A stretch of DNA of 63,081 bases, the filler included, from Ministeria vibrans ATCC 50519 (taxonomy: Eukaryota > Protista > Filasterea): the NCBI GenBank assembly GCA_943704425.1. It is 9 parts of 9 records of this genome, joined end to end, with 100 filler letters (N's around TTAATTAATTAA, not from the genome) between each part and the next. Parts side by side here need not be neighbours in the genome. Positions count along the whole stretch, not along the records: positions 18,962 to 27,687 come from CALSCP010001404.1; positions 27,788 to 35,342 come from CALSCP010000556.1; positions 35,443 to 48,292 come from CALSCP010002157.1; 6 more parts are not named here. One strand, 5' to 3'. The translations under genes and the position numbers were made by a program. Under the pieces are notes generated by a model. The model did not search any database. It saw only the letters and a program-made list of their open reading frames with translations, and was not told the origin of the DNA. Positions 25,321 to 38,319 of the stretch are shown here, piece after piece; position 1 is the stretch's first letter, and every line of letters begins with the position of its first letter.

Positions 25321-27411
25321 TCAGTCCTGATTCAACTTTTTAAAGTCAACAACCTGACGCAAAACATACTCCAAAATATGCTTGGCACTCCTATAACGAC
25401 AATATATAAATCAAACGAAAAATAAAACGTCCAACAAAAAACAAAAAAAATCTCTCATACCGACTTTCAGCTGGAAGGGAATTTGCAATGCCCAAAATGT
25501 CTCCACACTCACGAATGTAGTACTCCAGATCATCGTCGTTGCCTGCGTCGACGTGTGCATAATAATAATAATGATTATTATAATTATTATTATTATTCGC
25601 TTACATTTGTTGGTGAGCTGTGCGAGTCGCACTCGTTCTGACGAGAAATGCTCATCCAAATCATAGAGATCGAGTGATGGCGGAGGAAGCTCACGGAAGG
25701 CGGGAGGAATCACTGCAGGCTCAAGCGCGGGCAAAGGAACCTCTACGAGAGATAGTCAATCAGAGTCAATGTGAACTGTTTACGGAGTACATGGCATACC
25801 AAACTCGGGCTGAATGAGAGTGAGCGGCTCGTGGTCCACTTTGAGCTGGTCAAAGGCCCTGAGAACCCTCGGAAGTCCATCGGAAGAAAGACCGTGGAGC
25901 TGCCCGTCGAAGAGCGTGGTGAAGTCGCCTGGCAACGCATCGCCCTCCTACACACACGAATTCGCGAACAACAATAGTTATATAAATTAATATCATTCAA
26001 GAGCATGGACACAATAATATAATTATAAAAGGCTTTGTATATTCTAGGACGACACACGTTATCATCATCATTATCAGTACCTGCAGACACACGCGAAGAC
26101 GCTCGGCCAGGGTCTGTGTGTCGGGGATGTCGCGGTAGTCGGCGACCTCGGGGTCTTCAGCATCAATCGCATTGAGCACAATGGGCCCCACATCTCCCTT
26201 GGCATGCAGTGCGTCGCTACTTCCACCCACCCCACTTCCACTAGTAGTCATGCTGCTCGCGTCGCTTTCGGTGAGCCATCGCATCAGCACATCCGTCAGT
26301 TTTGTGTTTTCCTGCTGCGACAGATATTGATCGCTCATAAGATGCACCGACGCGAGAACACACACTCGGCCACGATCACTGGTTGCACGCGCAAGAAGAC
26401 TAGCTGTCGATGCACCCTTCGTCGTGGCAGCGGATGCGAGCGGAGCGCTGTAGAACGCACAAACAGGTCTGTTGACGGGGAAGGACACAGAGCCGCTCGA
26501 GAGTACTGCCACCGCGGGCTTTTGCACAGTCAGCGTGGCTCCAAAGGGATACACAAAGCTGATGTGTTGCCCTATTAAGTGTAATGGCATAAATATAATT
26601 ATAGGCACATCAATCATGAGAGGTGTATCAATATATATGAAGCGTATATAATCTGTACCAGCCGTTCGTGCTGTGCCCTCTTCGTTCTCCTTTGTGTTTG
26701 TCTGCTGTGTTTGTCCGCCCGGCACAAACTTTCCTGCAGCTCGGTTCAACTCACGGTTCAGCACGCCATGTGAGATTAGAACCTGCAGCGCAACATGAAT
26801 AAACCAAAGATCAAATCAATAATAATTAAGAATAAAAACGCATCAGAATAATAATAATACTAATTTTTCATGTCAAGTAATTGTAAATTAAATTTGATTA
26901 CAAGTCATATGAAAAACAACAAAGGAATTAATAATACACCCATTTACGATATATATATATATACCTCTTTGGGATACATGTAGTTGTCGTAGACAGTGCG
27001 CACCACGGCATCACTGTTAACCATAATACCAAAGTCTTCCAGAAGGAAATTGACGTTTGTGTTGAAGCGAGTCTCGCCTCCTTCGCCCACCAACATCAAT
27101 ACACGTCCTCCCGACGACACGTATCTGTCACAAAATAAAAAAAAGAATGCATGATTATAATTAACATAATAATTAATAATTATTATAACACTATGAACAA
27201 TCATAACGTGAGAAAAGCGTCGTTTCAATCAGTCTCACTTTTTGATGGCCTCAAATTCTTCGGCTGTGAACTTTTCGCGAGGTCCACCGAACACCACGAC
27301 GCGCGCTCGAGAGAGAGTAGACGTGGTGATGCGTTCTTTGTTGGTGGACACTTTGAACTGGTTCTTCAGGCGTCGTTGCAGCATTTTGAAGCCGTTTCCA
27401 GGGGTGAACAA
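25321..27411 (-). CDS. IFT52: Intraflagellar transport protein 52 (5' end not resolved)
   Basis: GPREKFTAEEFEAIKK, GEGGETRFNTNVNFLLEDFGI, FVYPFGATL, LNAIDAEDPE, PPAFRELPPPSLDLYDLDEHFSSERVRLAQLTNKC and VVDFKKLNQD* motifs. Confidence 0.95.
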
Positions 27412-27787
27412 CTGAAAAAGAAGGGAAAAGACGATGAAGGAGATGTCGACAGCCACGGGCACTGCGGGAGTAGTGGCGTTGCGGTAATGCGATGGACGAG
27501 GTGTAAAAGCGCCCGGAGACGATGCGGAGCGGAGAGGTGAGAGCAAGTAGTTTCAAAGAAGTTTTAAAAACAGAAAAGAAGGACATTCCAATGCAAGAGA
27601 GAGTGGGAGGGAGAGGAGGGGAGGGAGGGAGAGTTCAGAGTGGGGGGGGGGAGGGTGTCTCAAGGACACCCTCTGAGGGGTGGACGGNNNNNNNNNNNNN
27701 NNNNNNNNNNNNNNNNNNNNNNNNNNNNNNNTTAATTAATTAANNNNNNNNNNNNNNNNNNNNNNNNNNNNNNNNNNNNNNNNNNNN

Positions 27788-28099
27788 GTGGATCGTGAAC
27801 GTGATCGTGAACGTGATCGTGAACGTGACCGTCATCGCACTTCCCACCACGATGAGGGTCGTCGCAGCAGTCGCGACGACTCCACCACTGCTACAGCATC
27901 ATCAGGGCGCTCCTCTTCACGCGACCACCGTCACCCCTCCTTCTCTCGTTCTCGCGACCGAGACAGAGACCGTGACAGAGAGAGCGGTCGCGGTCGCGAC
28001 CACTACCATCACCATCCTTCTTCGTCGTCCTCCTCCTCCTCATCGGCTGTTGTAGTCAGTGTCGTTGAGCATCCGCGAGACCGAGACTCCCGTCGCTGA
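27788..28099 (+). CDS. RD/RS-rich C-terminal fragment of an unidentified protein
   Basis: Open RD/RE/RS-rich frame from the contig start to a TGA. Confidence 0.45.
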   Translation: MDRERDRERDRERDRHRTSHHDEGRRSSRDDSTTATASSGRSSSRDHRHPSFSRSRDRDRDRDRESGRGRDHYHHHPSSSSSSSSSAVVVSVVEHPRDRDSRR

Positions 28100-28404
28100 A
28101 AAAAAAATGGGACGACAGACGTATTTGTATCATAATTATTATTTCTATACACACTACAAATAGCACACAAAATGCAATGGTATAACTATGAACGCTCTCC
28201 GCACTCTTTAAATAATTGTTCGACTTTCGCAGTGAAGCAAGAAATTTTAGCAAAAGCAAAGATAAAACATTCGCTTTGATAGTACTGTTATTGATAGGCA
28301 GTGTTGTTGGCTTGTATCAATGAAAGTGTTTGATTAAAAAAAAATTTGATAATACACTTTTTTTCTTTACTGGCGACTCATTCAGCTGTCTTGACACACA
28401 CTTT

Positions 28405-29472
28405 TCAGCTCTCCTTTTCGACAAACTTATTGCCATAGAACCAAAACAGACGAACCTAAACACACAATTCTCAGACTTTATTGTTTAGATTGTTGTGTTA
28501 TTCCTACCTTGTGCATAAAGGGTGTCTTGGGGATGACACAGAGGAGCAAGGCAACCGTGTTGAGGGCAAACGAGAAGTAATCGTCATAGTCGACCGTCGG
28601 CAATGCAATCATGTAACTAAAACACCATCACATAGTAAGCACAGCACACATGCACGAATCGCACACAAACTCTCTCACTCTCGTACACAAACTCTCTCAC
28701 TCTCGTACACACACACATGCAATAATCTCACGCCCTCACTCACACACACACTAAGAAAGTTGAACGTTGCACAAAACATGCTTACATGAGAACAGGCACA
28801 ATGGTGTAAAATTTCCTTGTGATGGTCAACTGTGTCTCGGCGTCGAGCTGTTCCCACTGCGTCAACAACCTCCATCGTCCCTAAACAGAGACACACAAAC
28901 CCCAGACGTCTTAGCAAAAGGTGTTTTTCTCCAATTACGATCATCTCATCCTTGCGCTGCTCACCTGACCGTCGTCCCCAGTATCGCCAAAGGGTGTCCC
29001 TCGCATGTGGTGGAAGAGAATGTACGTCAACTGGACGGAAGACAGAGGAAAAAAAAAAATGAGGAAATGGAAAAAATTCCGACCCCAAATCCCGTGCTTT
29101 TTATTATCAATAGGAACACGGCGACATCGGCATGACGACCCTATGGACCATTCAGCGACGACGACAAGGAAAAATCAAGCGAGGCCTTTGCGGCGGATGG
29201 CGTAGTGGCACCAAAACGAACGGACGCGATTGGGGAGAAAAAAAAAAAGCAAAAAAGGTCATCCAAGAGGGACACTTACCATGGAATGCGCGACGCCCAC
29301 GAAGGTCCATTGGGCCCCTGCTTCGTAGATGGGGGCGAGGGCTCCGGCGAGGATGCGGAAGAGGGCAATAATGCCAAAGTAGGCAGCCCACGTCACTCGA
29401 CTGTGCAGCCACTGCTCGTTGGGGTTCTCGGGCGTGTCGATATCGTCGATGGGGGTGTCGCTCTCCGACATG
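28405..29472 (-). CDS. ORMDL: ORMDL-family sphingolipid synthesis regulator
   Basis: NPNEQWLHSRVTW, GTPF, WEQLD..TQLTITRKFYTIVP and IPKTPFMHKVRLF motifs over spliced exons. Confidence 0.88.
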
Positions 29473-29729
29473 GTCTCAAAAGTATAGCGCAGCGACAAAA
29501 CAAACTGGCAAGCAAGAGAGATGAAGTGAGACAACACATTGGTTGATCACTTCCCCTCCCAAAGATCACTAAATTTATTTTTTCAGTTTCACTTTGACAG
29601 TGAGAGGTACTCTGTCGATCTGTGTCTAGTGGTACAGTAGAATTAGACAGACCCGCTCACTCAATTCGCCCTGACTCTTGGAATTTTCACTTGACCAGTT
29701 GATCAACTGTGATTATTTCGTCAACTGTC

Positions 29730-30297
29730 ATGTCTGGTGCGGAGGTAACAGCACTCCAGCTCGCTCATCCATTCCCCTCCCTTCCCGCTTTGTCTTCGTT
29801 TTCTTGCAGCTTCGCGATGCGGCTGCAAAGGGCTATGTCGACGATGTGCGCAAACTGATTGACTCGCGTCTCGGTACGCCACTGTGACCTTCGCCGCCAT
29901 GATTGCGCCAACTCCTTGTGTTTCACTTGATGCAGATTTGTGTTATGAGACGGATGAGGGCGGCGAGAACGCTCTGCACTTTGCGGCGCGACTGGGAGCC
30001 GTCGTGACAATGCGTGTGCTCATCGAGGGACAGCCAACGCCCGAGACACGCCGTGCCTACGTTAACTCTGTAAACATTGGCGGGTGGACGGCATTGATGC
30101 ACGCGTCGTGCCGAGGACACGCTGATGTTGTTGCATACCTACTCAACGAGTGCGGCGCTGATCAGAAATTGAAGAACAACTTGGGGCGTACTGCCTTGGA
30201 CATTGCGCGTGAAGGAAACCACACGCCAGTGGTGCGACTGCTAAAACCGAAACGGGGAGTCTTTGGGACGCTGACTGTGGGTAGGTGGATGAAGTGA
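29730..30297 (+). CDS. Small ankyrin-repeat protein (three exons)
   Basis: LRDAAAKG, GENALHFAARLG, GWTALMHASCRGH and GRTALDIA motifs. Confidence 0.85.
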
Positions 30298-30763
30298 CTT
30301 TTGGGCGGATCAACCAAAGAAAGCGGTTGCATTAATTGTGCACTTTTCACTCTTGTGAGACGCGACGGCTTTTTACGAACGAAGAGCGAGCAGCGTGCCT
30401 TCAGCATGTAATCAGTGCCTACTTTGCCTGATCATGGGGGCCATGCTCAATTAAATGTGTGAAACTTTCCATCGTATTGATAAATGTATCATGAAAAGAG
30501 AAAAAAATCAATGTATCAAAAAAAATTTAATATTATAAAAGATTAGGCAAGTATTCTACAAAGTACAAGAGTATTGAGGTCAGTCGAGTCAGTCGAGTGT
30601 CGACTGTTGAGAGGAAACAGAGACAGTAGTATTATAGGAAATAAAGAGAGAGAGAGAGAGAAAATACACAAATATATAAGAAAGTCAAATGAAAAAATAT
30701 ATAAAAATAATAGTAATAATTATTATTATTGTTATGTGAAACCAAAAAAAAAAAAAAAGAAAG

Positions 30764-30883
30764 TGCGGTTGCCCAGAATCGAACTGAGAATGTCACGGAA
30801 CTGTTAATGTTTCATGAACCACAACGTGAAGTTTGTTATTTTTTCGAGTTGGAAAGAAAGGATAACCATTTCACCACAACCGC
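30764..30883 (-). tRNA. tRNA-His(GUG) with two introns (23/24: 30833-30860; 37/38: 30799-30818)
   Basis: Removing 28+20 nt gives a 72-nt cloverleaf: acceptor GCGGTTG/CAACCGC+A, D stem GTGA/TCAC, anticodon stem TCACG/CGTGA with GTG, T arm CTCAG-TTCGATT-CTGGG, then a poly-T trailer. Confidence 0.9.
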
Positions 30884-30975
30884 CGAACACTATTACCGAA
30901 AAAGCGCTATAAAATATTATTATAATAAAAATAGCAAAAAAAAAACAATTAATAAGAACCAAAAAAAAAGTAAAG

Positions 30976-31095
30976 TGCGGTTGCCCAGAATCGAACTGAG
31001 AATGTCACGGAACTGTTAATGTTTCATGAACCACAACGTGAAGTTTGTTATTTCTTCGAGTTGGAAAGAAAGGATAACCATTTCACCACAACCGC
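30976..31095 (-). tRNA. tRNA-His(GUG) second copy with two introns (31045-31072; 31011-31030)
   Basis: Tandem copy 212 bp away; it differs by one base inside the D-arm intron. Confidence 0.9.
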
Positions 31096-31315
31096 CGAAC
31101 ACTATCACCGAAAAAGCGCTATATAACCCTATTTTAAATTGAACCATCGAAAATATCTCCAAACTTGTCTTTGTGCAGTATATATTCTGTACAGTACTCT
31201 AATAGTAGTGTGAGGATGTTGTTACGTTGTGTTTTTCTTGTTGTGGAGATTAATTTTCAACAAAATCAATTTGAATCGATCAAGAGCAAATTTTTGCTAA
31301 AACTTTTGATTCGTC

Positions 31316-31968
31316 ATGGAGTACGCCTCGCTCATTGCCGGTGATGGCGATGACGAAGACATGAGCATGCTGTTGCAACGAGACGAGAGTTGCGAGACGC
31401 TGCCAACGCCGCCGGGGAAGTCAGCGAAAACCAAGTCGGCGCAAGGATCGTCGTCGTCCGCCGAGAAGCTGTCGAGTTCCGCCGCGAGCGCAGTCGCTAG
31501 CCCTGTGCAAGTCGATGTGTTCTCCGACCCCGACGCCGATGACAGTGACGAAGAGGTGCGTCATTGCTTAAAACTGTGTTTTTTCCTGACTTGGTTATGT
31601 TTCTCTGCTCGTCCAGCGCTCACGACGAGACACAACGCGCAAAGGAAAGCGAAGGAAGGAGCCCAAGTCGGCGGCTGCGCCCAAAGGAGACTCGACGCGA
31701 GAGCCGGTGGCCAAGAAGGACTCGAAAGGCACAAAAGAAACAAAGGAAAAGAAGAAGGTGCGAAAAGGCAGGCTTTGAATGTAGTCATTGATCGCTCTCT
31801 ATTCGGCTGCAGGGACACAAACGAGATGCTTCGGACACAAAGAAGGAGCTAGTCAAGCCCGTTCGGTAAACACTGAGCAGCCCAGATGAATGATTTCTTA
31901 CTTGTTTACCTTCTCTTTCCAGTGATGCACACGAACAGTATGCCGATCGCTACAGTGTATTAAATTGT

Positions 31969-32061
<93 letters not shown>

Positions 32062-34261
32062 AGCGCTGACTCTGTCGTGTGTATGTAGACACCAAAGCGG
32101 GAGNNNNNNNNNNCCCCCCCCCTAACTAATTTTCTACGGCAATTAGGTTCCGTTTCTGACGGTAATGGAACGGAGTGCGTACGTTGATCCGATTTCCGAG
32201 TGGCGCATCAACGCACCGTCAATTCTTGTCAAGTCGATTGTGTCCATTGAACTGGATGGTACGTTTGAGATTTTGTGTGTGAGTGTGTGTGCTTTTAAAG
32301 TGAACACTGAGTGTTGTGTATGTTTGTGTAGCAATGGAAGAAGAAGGATTGTATCGTGTGTCCGGGTCGCACGGACGAATCAAAGAACTTAAAGCAGCTT
32401 TTGACAAAGGTAGAGACTAGTATTTTTTTTGAGATGGAGCGACCGATTAATTGATGGGGACGATTTTGTCGTGCGTGTGTGTTATAGGAGAGGATGTGTC
32501 ATTGGTGAATGAAAATGACAAAAATACCATTTCGGGACTGTTGAAACTGTGGCTCAGAGAACTGCCCGACACGATCATTCCACCAGACGCACTGACGATT
32601 CTCGAAGATATTTGCGGTAATTTCAAGTTTTTTTTTTGTTTTGTTTTTTTTCTATTTTCTATTTGTGAGTGTTGTTAATTAGCGTGACTGAGTCAATCAC
32701 TGATCCGTCTCTTAAATTCGGGCACTTAATGTACAATATTCACGAAAAAAAAATATTATCATTATTATTAAATTTTTCGTGTTTATTCATTTTTCGAATC
32801 TACATCAATGATCTAATTGAGTCACTGACTCCGCTTGCGAAACCCCCCTGACTCGCTTCCCCATTAGATTTTTTTCTTTTTGCCCTTTCTTTTCTTTTTT
32901 GCCCTTTCTTTTCTTTTTTGCCCTTTCTTTTCTTTTTTTGTCCTTTCTTTTCTTTTTCCGCCTCTTACTCCTCTCATTGATTTAGGGTCCGACACAAACC
33001 CTTCTGATCTCAAGCGAGTCCTCAAGCACTCTATCCCCGCAACACACTACATGACAGTCGCTCTGCTATTCATCCATCTCCATCGCGTCATCGAGTGCAC
33101 TGCAGTCAACCTTATGACGCCCGCCAACCTTGCTATTGTCTTCTCGCCCACTTTGCGTGTCAGTCAGGGCATTGTTCATGCGCTTGTCATTCATGCGGAC
33201 ACCGTCTTTGAGTCTTGTAAGACACTTTGACAAAGAGGAAAAATGTGAATGTGATTGACTATCCATGCCTTGCTTTTATTTATTTTCGTGTTTTGATCCA
33301 CTCGTAGAGTGTGTGTGTATGTATGTGTGGGTGTGTTATGTGATGTTGGTTTGGTGTTGCGTTGTCAATTTTTATTTGAAATGAGGTTATACTGTTGTGT
33401 GTCTAGGTTTTGTCTCACAATCAATCGTGAGTTTGAACTGTTTCTCTCTCTATTTTTTGCGTGTTCTCGTCGTGTATCTTTATGCTCGCTCTCACTTTTT
33501 CTCTTCCTCTTTCTCTTTTTTCTCACTCAACGTCTTTCTTTCTTTCTCCTTTTTCTTCTCTCTCTCTGTCACACAGATATGTACGACACGTACAACGCAC
33601 TTGTGAGGGATGCACGGGATATATTCATGATTGACAGTTTGAACACAGTCGAAGAACTCCGAGAAATGCACACGCGAATCCTATGCGATGATGAAGAGAT
33701 GAAGGCAACCAATTTGAAGCTTGTGGAGCGACTGGTGCGCGCACGACGTACTCGGAAGGAGCTTGAGGACCATTTGGAAGCGGCGGTATTTGATTTGATG
33801 CATACAAGTGTGGATGAGATGCTGGCAGTGTCGTCGAGTGATGAAGAAGAAGAGGAAGAGAAAGAAGAGTTGGAGGTTGTGAGTGAAGAGGGAACGGAGG
33901 AGAAGGGAGAAGAGTTGCCACAGGCGACACAGGGGAAGAGTCAGGATGAGCTGCGGATGGAGCGGATTGTCAAGCGGGAGAGTCGTGTGATGTTGGTCGC
34001 AGAGCGAGACAAACAACGCACTGTTGAAGAGGTAAAGAAGAAACGTTGTGAAACGCTGTATTGACTGTTATGTGCCCGTTGATTTTATAGCTTACGAAGG
34101 ACATTTTGGATGTGAGTTGTGAACGAGAGGTGTTCTGCGAAGAGCAGGAGCGACTTGCCCTTGAGATGCACACGCGCACATACGCACTGCATGTGCAGCG
34201 ACGCAGAGCAGAAAGAGCGCATGCGGAGCTGCTGTTACTTCGCGAGTGTGTTCATACCTAA
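31316..34261 (+). CDS. RalBP1/RLIP76-like RhoGAP (acidic and Lys-rich N-terminus, RhoGAP, coiled coil)
   Basis: KPFGVPF..VMERS, EGLYRVSG, LLKLWLRELP and NLAIVFSPTL motifs, then coiled-coil exons. The model spans a small N gap at 32104. Confidence 0.75.
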
Positions 34262-34414
34262 GCGAGAAACCGACAGAAAAGTGTGTGTGTGTGTGGCTGG
34301 CTGGCTGAGAGTGACTGACTATTTTCTGGTGTGTTCCCCGCCAAAATAATGTACTTATTATTATTACGCAATACTATGAAGATCTCAAAGAAAGATATCG
34401 GAATAATACTCTAT

Positions 34415-35282
34415 TTATTCAAACGGCTTTTTTGGAACGAGAGGCACGACCCTTACGAGTCGCAGCGGGACTGGAAGAGACAGGGCTGCTCGAAGTGTCC
34501 TCATTGTCATTGGAAGAAGAGGAGGTAGACGTAGGAGACGAGGAGAGGGGGCGCTTGAGGAGACGCTTCTTGACGGTGGTGGTGGTGGTGGTGACGACGC
34601 GACGGGCGGTTGCTGTTGTCTCGTTTACCGATTGGTTCGTTGTTGCTGCGATTGTACTTTTGCTCAGGCGCTCCTGTTCACGCTGTGCGTCACGGGCACG
34701 GTAGATTTCGGCAGTGAAGGGCCTAAAAATATATCGTATGAAAAGGTATAATAATTAGAAAAATAAACTATGTATGTGATTGTGTTGTATGATTATGTAC
34801 CCTTCGAAGCTTTCGGCAATCTGATAGAAAATGTAGACTGTCGCAGTGACGACAAGACCGGCGGGGCTTGCGTGCATGATGGAGTGGCCAAGGAAGCACA
34901 GAGTGCTTCCAGTGTACATGGGATGTTCGCAAATGCTAATGACAAATAATGATTATGATCCATCATCAACACACTAACAAACAACACACACACACACACT
35001 CTCTCTCTCTCTTTCATACACACACAGACTAAAAGTCTTACTTGAAAGGAGTTCCAGTAACGCGGTGGTCCATGAGAATGCCGCAGTAGTCGCCGAGGTA
35101 CGTTCCGGCGATGCCCAGCGCAAACATGGACGTAAGGACGAGCCACGCGCCAAAGAGGAAGACCATTGCGCCGCACGTCCAGAAGAAGGGCGAGTCGAAC
35201 GCCGCATACTTGCTCTGCGACTTGAGAACCTCGTTGAACAGGTAGTCCCGCGTCAGGCCCAGCGTGAAGATGGTGATCGCTA
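34415..35282 (-). CDS. PEMT: Phospholipid N-methyltransferase (PEMT/OPI3), 5'-truncated
   Basis: ALGIAGTYLGDYCGILM, HPMYTGSTL, SPAGL and EGPFTAEIY motifs. Confidence 0.9.
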
Positions 35283-35447
35283 AACACTCAAAAATGCGTA
35301 AGACGATCATTCTCTCTCTTTTTTTTTTTTTTTTTCTCTGCCNNNNNNNNNNNNNNNNNNNNNNNNNNNNNNNNNNNNNNNNNNNNTTAATTAATTAANN
35401 NNNNNNNNNNNNNNNNNNNNNNNNNNNNNNNNNNNNNNNNNNGAGAG

Positions 35448-35496
<49 letters not shown>

Positions 35497-35528
35497 TAGC
35501 GAAAGAAACGTCTGATCTCTATGATTAG

Positions 35529-36027
35529 ATTTGAGGGACGGATGTCGGAAGATTCTGGCAAAAGATTCGGTGACACTAGCACAGCGACAGAATGCTTATC
35601 TGCGAAGGGGGGTTGCAGTGGACGGTACTGTTTAAGAAGCAATTCATTTTTTTGATTGATTGATTGATTTTTCGACTGATTGATTGATTTGATTGCAGAC
35701 ACTGCTTACTGTCCCATCTGCCACGGTGCGATTGTGAACACGACATCGACGAGCAGCACGGACATGGTTGTGGTTTTCTTCTGCCACCATGCTTATCACG
35801 AGCACTGTCTCAAGCGACCCAATGCTGCACAACAGCTCACCGAGGCGCACGGTGGCGGCGGTGGTGGACCGTCGTCTTCGTCTGCGCGCAAGGGCCGCGC
35901 CATGTCTGTGGTGTCGACTGCAAGCGATGCTGCCATTTCCGGCGGTGCTTTCTATTGTCCTCTCTGCCGCGGTGCCAAGAGCGAGAACAAGAAGAAGGAC
36001 ACGACTAGCGTTCGTGGCATGATTTGA
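35529..36027 (+). CDS. VPS41: VPS41 C-terminus with RING finger (5'-truncated)
   Basis: LRDGCRKILAKDS..., CPIC...VVVFFCHHAYHEHCL...CPLC. Confidence 0.75.
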
Positions 36028-36231
36028 GGTCAATACACAGGTTCAGTTTGTTTTACAGTTTCTGCGTCCATGTAAAGTTGAAAAATTCAATTTAGTGTGC
36101 GGTTCTGCACTCACTTCTGCTGTTTGTGTTGTCGTATTTTGGTTGTGTTTCATTATAAATCTATTCTCTTAAAATTTATATTGTTTTATTCAATCATTCC
36201 CGAATTGTTCCGATCATTCTTTCTTATTATT

Positions 36232-36574
36232 ATGATTCGACTTGTGATTGTCGCTGTCGTTGTCGCAGTGGCGCTCGCGTCCCCAGGCGGTGGGCCGTTG
36301 AAGCACGAGCTGCCCGAATGCAAGATGAACGTGTCGCAGATGATCGAGTACCACGGATATCCCGTCGAGGAGTACACGGTCGAGACAGCCGACGGCTATC
36401 TGCTGGGCGTCCAGCGCATTCCCCACGGCCGTGGCGCCGCTGCAGCCCGCCCCCGGCCCCACGGCGCCACCAAGCCCATTGCGTTTCTCCAGCACGGCCT
36501 TCTGTGCTCCAGGTAGGCATCGCGCGGCCCGTTGGAGTGTCTGCTGACCTTCTTTCGATGTGTCATGGGATTAT

Positions 36575-36614
<40 letters not shown>

Positions 36615-38223
36615 CACCAAATGCACAGCACCAACTGGGTCGCCAACCTCCCCGAGCAGTCCCTTGGCTTCATGCTTGCCGACGCCGGCTACGACGTCTG
36701 GCTTGGTACGTTCTCGTTAGACTCAATTCATTTTCTTGACTGCCAACTTTTTTTTGTGGTTTGGCTTTTTTTTTTTTTGTGTCTTTCTGCAGGAAACATG
36801 CGCGGAAACCACTACTCCAAGGCACACAAGACGCTCTCGACGCACTCCGAGGCGTTTTGGGACTTTTCGTGGGACGAGATGGCCAAGTACGATCTTCCGG
36901 CGATGCTCGACTATGCGCTCAAGACGAACGGTACTGCCACTGATACTTTTGCAGAGCCACCCTTGCGTTGTCTCACTCTGTGTGTGTGTTTTTTTTTGTT
37001 TTGCTTTTTTTTTTCTTCTTCCAGGCGGTCAGTCCCAGGTGTACTACATTGGTCACTCGCAGGGCACCCTCATCGGCTTTGCCGGATTTTCTGAGAACCT
37101 TGGTATGGAGCAGCAGAGAAAAAAAGAGGTATAATCGGTTGTCTGACTTGTGGGGGGGGGGTTTTTTTTGTTACAGCTCTTGGCGCGAAAGTCAAGCAGT
37201 TCCATGCGCTGGGCCCCGTTGCTACGCTGACTGCTCCCACATCGCCCATCACAAAGCTCGCTCCGTTTGCGTACACCATCAAGGAGACTGCGTCGCTTCT
37301 AGGCGTCTACGAGTTTATGCCCAACACCAAACTCACTCAGTGGTTAGGCGGTGAGCTCTGCACGAACCCCCTTGGTAACACATTGCATTATTGCTCTTAC
37401 CATTGTTTTACTTCTAAATCACTTCTCTGTGCGTGTTTGTGTATGAACACCTCCAGGAGACATCATCTGCAGCGACATTCTGTTCGTGGTGGGCGGATTT
37501 GACAAGGCCAACCTCAACATGACGCGCGTCCCCGTCTACGTCGCACACACACCCGCAGGTACTACATGTTGTTCTCATTATATGTATATTCTATATTATA
37601 AAATGTAGGTGTGTGTGTGTTTTCTCATCAGCCTTTTTTGCCCGATCTTTATGATAGGGACATCCATGCAGAACATGGAACACTTTGCACAGATGGTCAA
37701 CAAGGGCACCTTTCAGATGTACGACTTTGGCAAGCGCCACAACGAGAAGCACTACAACGGCAGCAAAACACCACCCATGTATGACGCCGGAAAAATGCAG
37801 GTCAGCTACGCCACCAAAAATCACACGCCCACTCGCTTGTACTCACATTCCGTTCGTTGTGTGTATGTCTGTGTGTGTGAATGTGTGTGGGTTTCCGTCT
37901 TCCTTTCTCTCTCGTTGTTTTAGACTCCTGTTGCGCTGTACTACGGTGGACATGACACTCTTGCCGATCCCACCGATGTCAAGCTGCTCATTCCTCACCT
38001 CAACCACACTCTCTTCTACCAGAATGAGATTCCCGTACGCCTCTTTTGCTTCACTTTTATTCCACTTACCTGCTTTGCTTCCTTCTTCTTTTTCTTTGTT
38101 TCTTTCGTTTACTCTTATTTCCGATAGGAGTTCTCTCATTTGGACTTTATTTGGGGAATTGACGCGAACCGAAAGGTCTACGACCAAATTATCACATTCC
38201 TGAATGGAGGGGAAGAACAGTAA
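36232..38223 (+). CDS. Lysosomal acid / gastric lipase family protein with signal peptide
   Basis: [52 protein letters not shown] (nucleophile elbow) and HLDFIWG motifs. Confidence 0.93.
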
Positions 38224-38319
38224 CGTCATCAAATACAAACAGATTAACAGATTCCCAACAAATGATCTCAATCTTGTGTCGAAAAGGCAATCACAGAAAG
38301 TCAATCGATTATTGTACTA

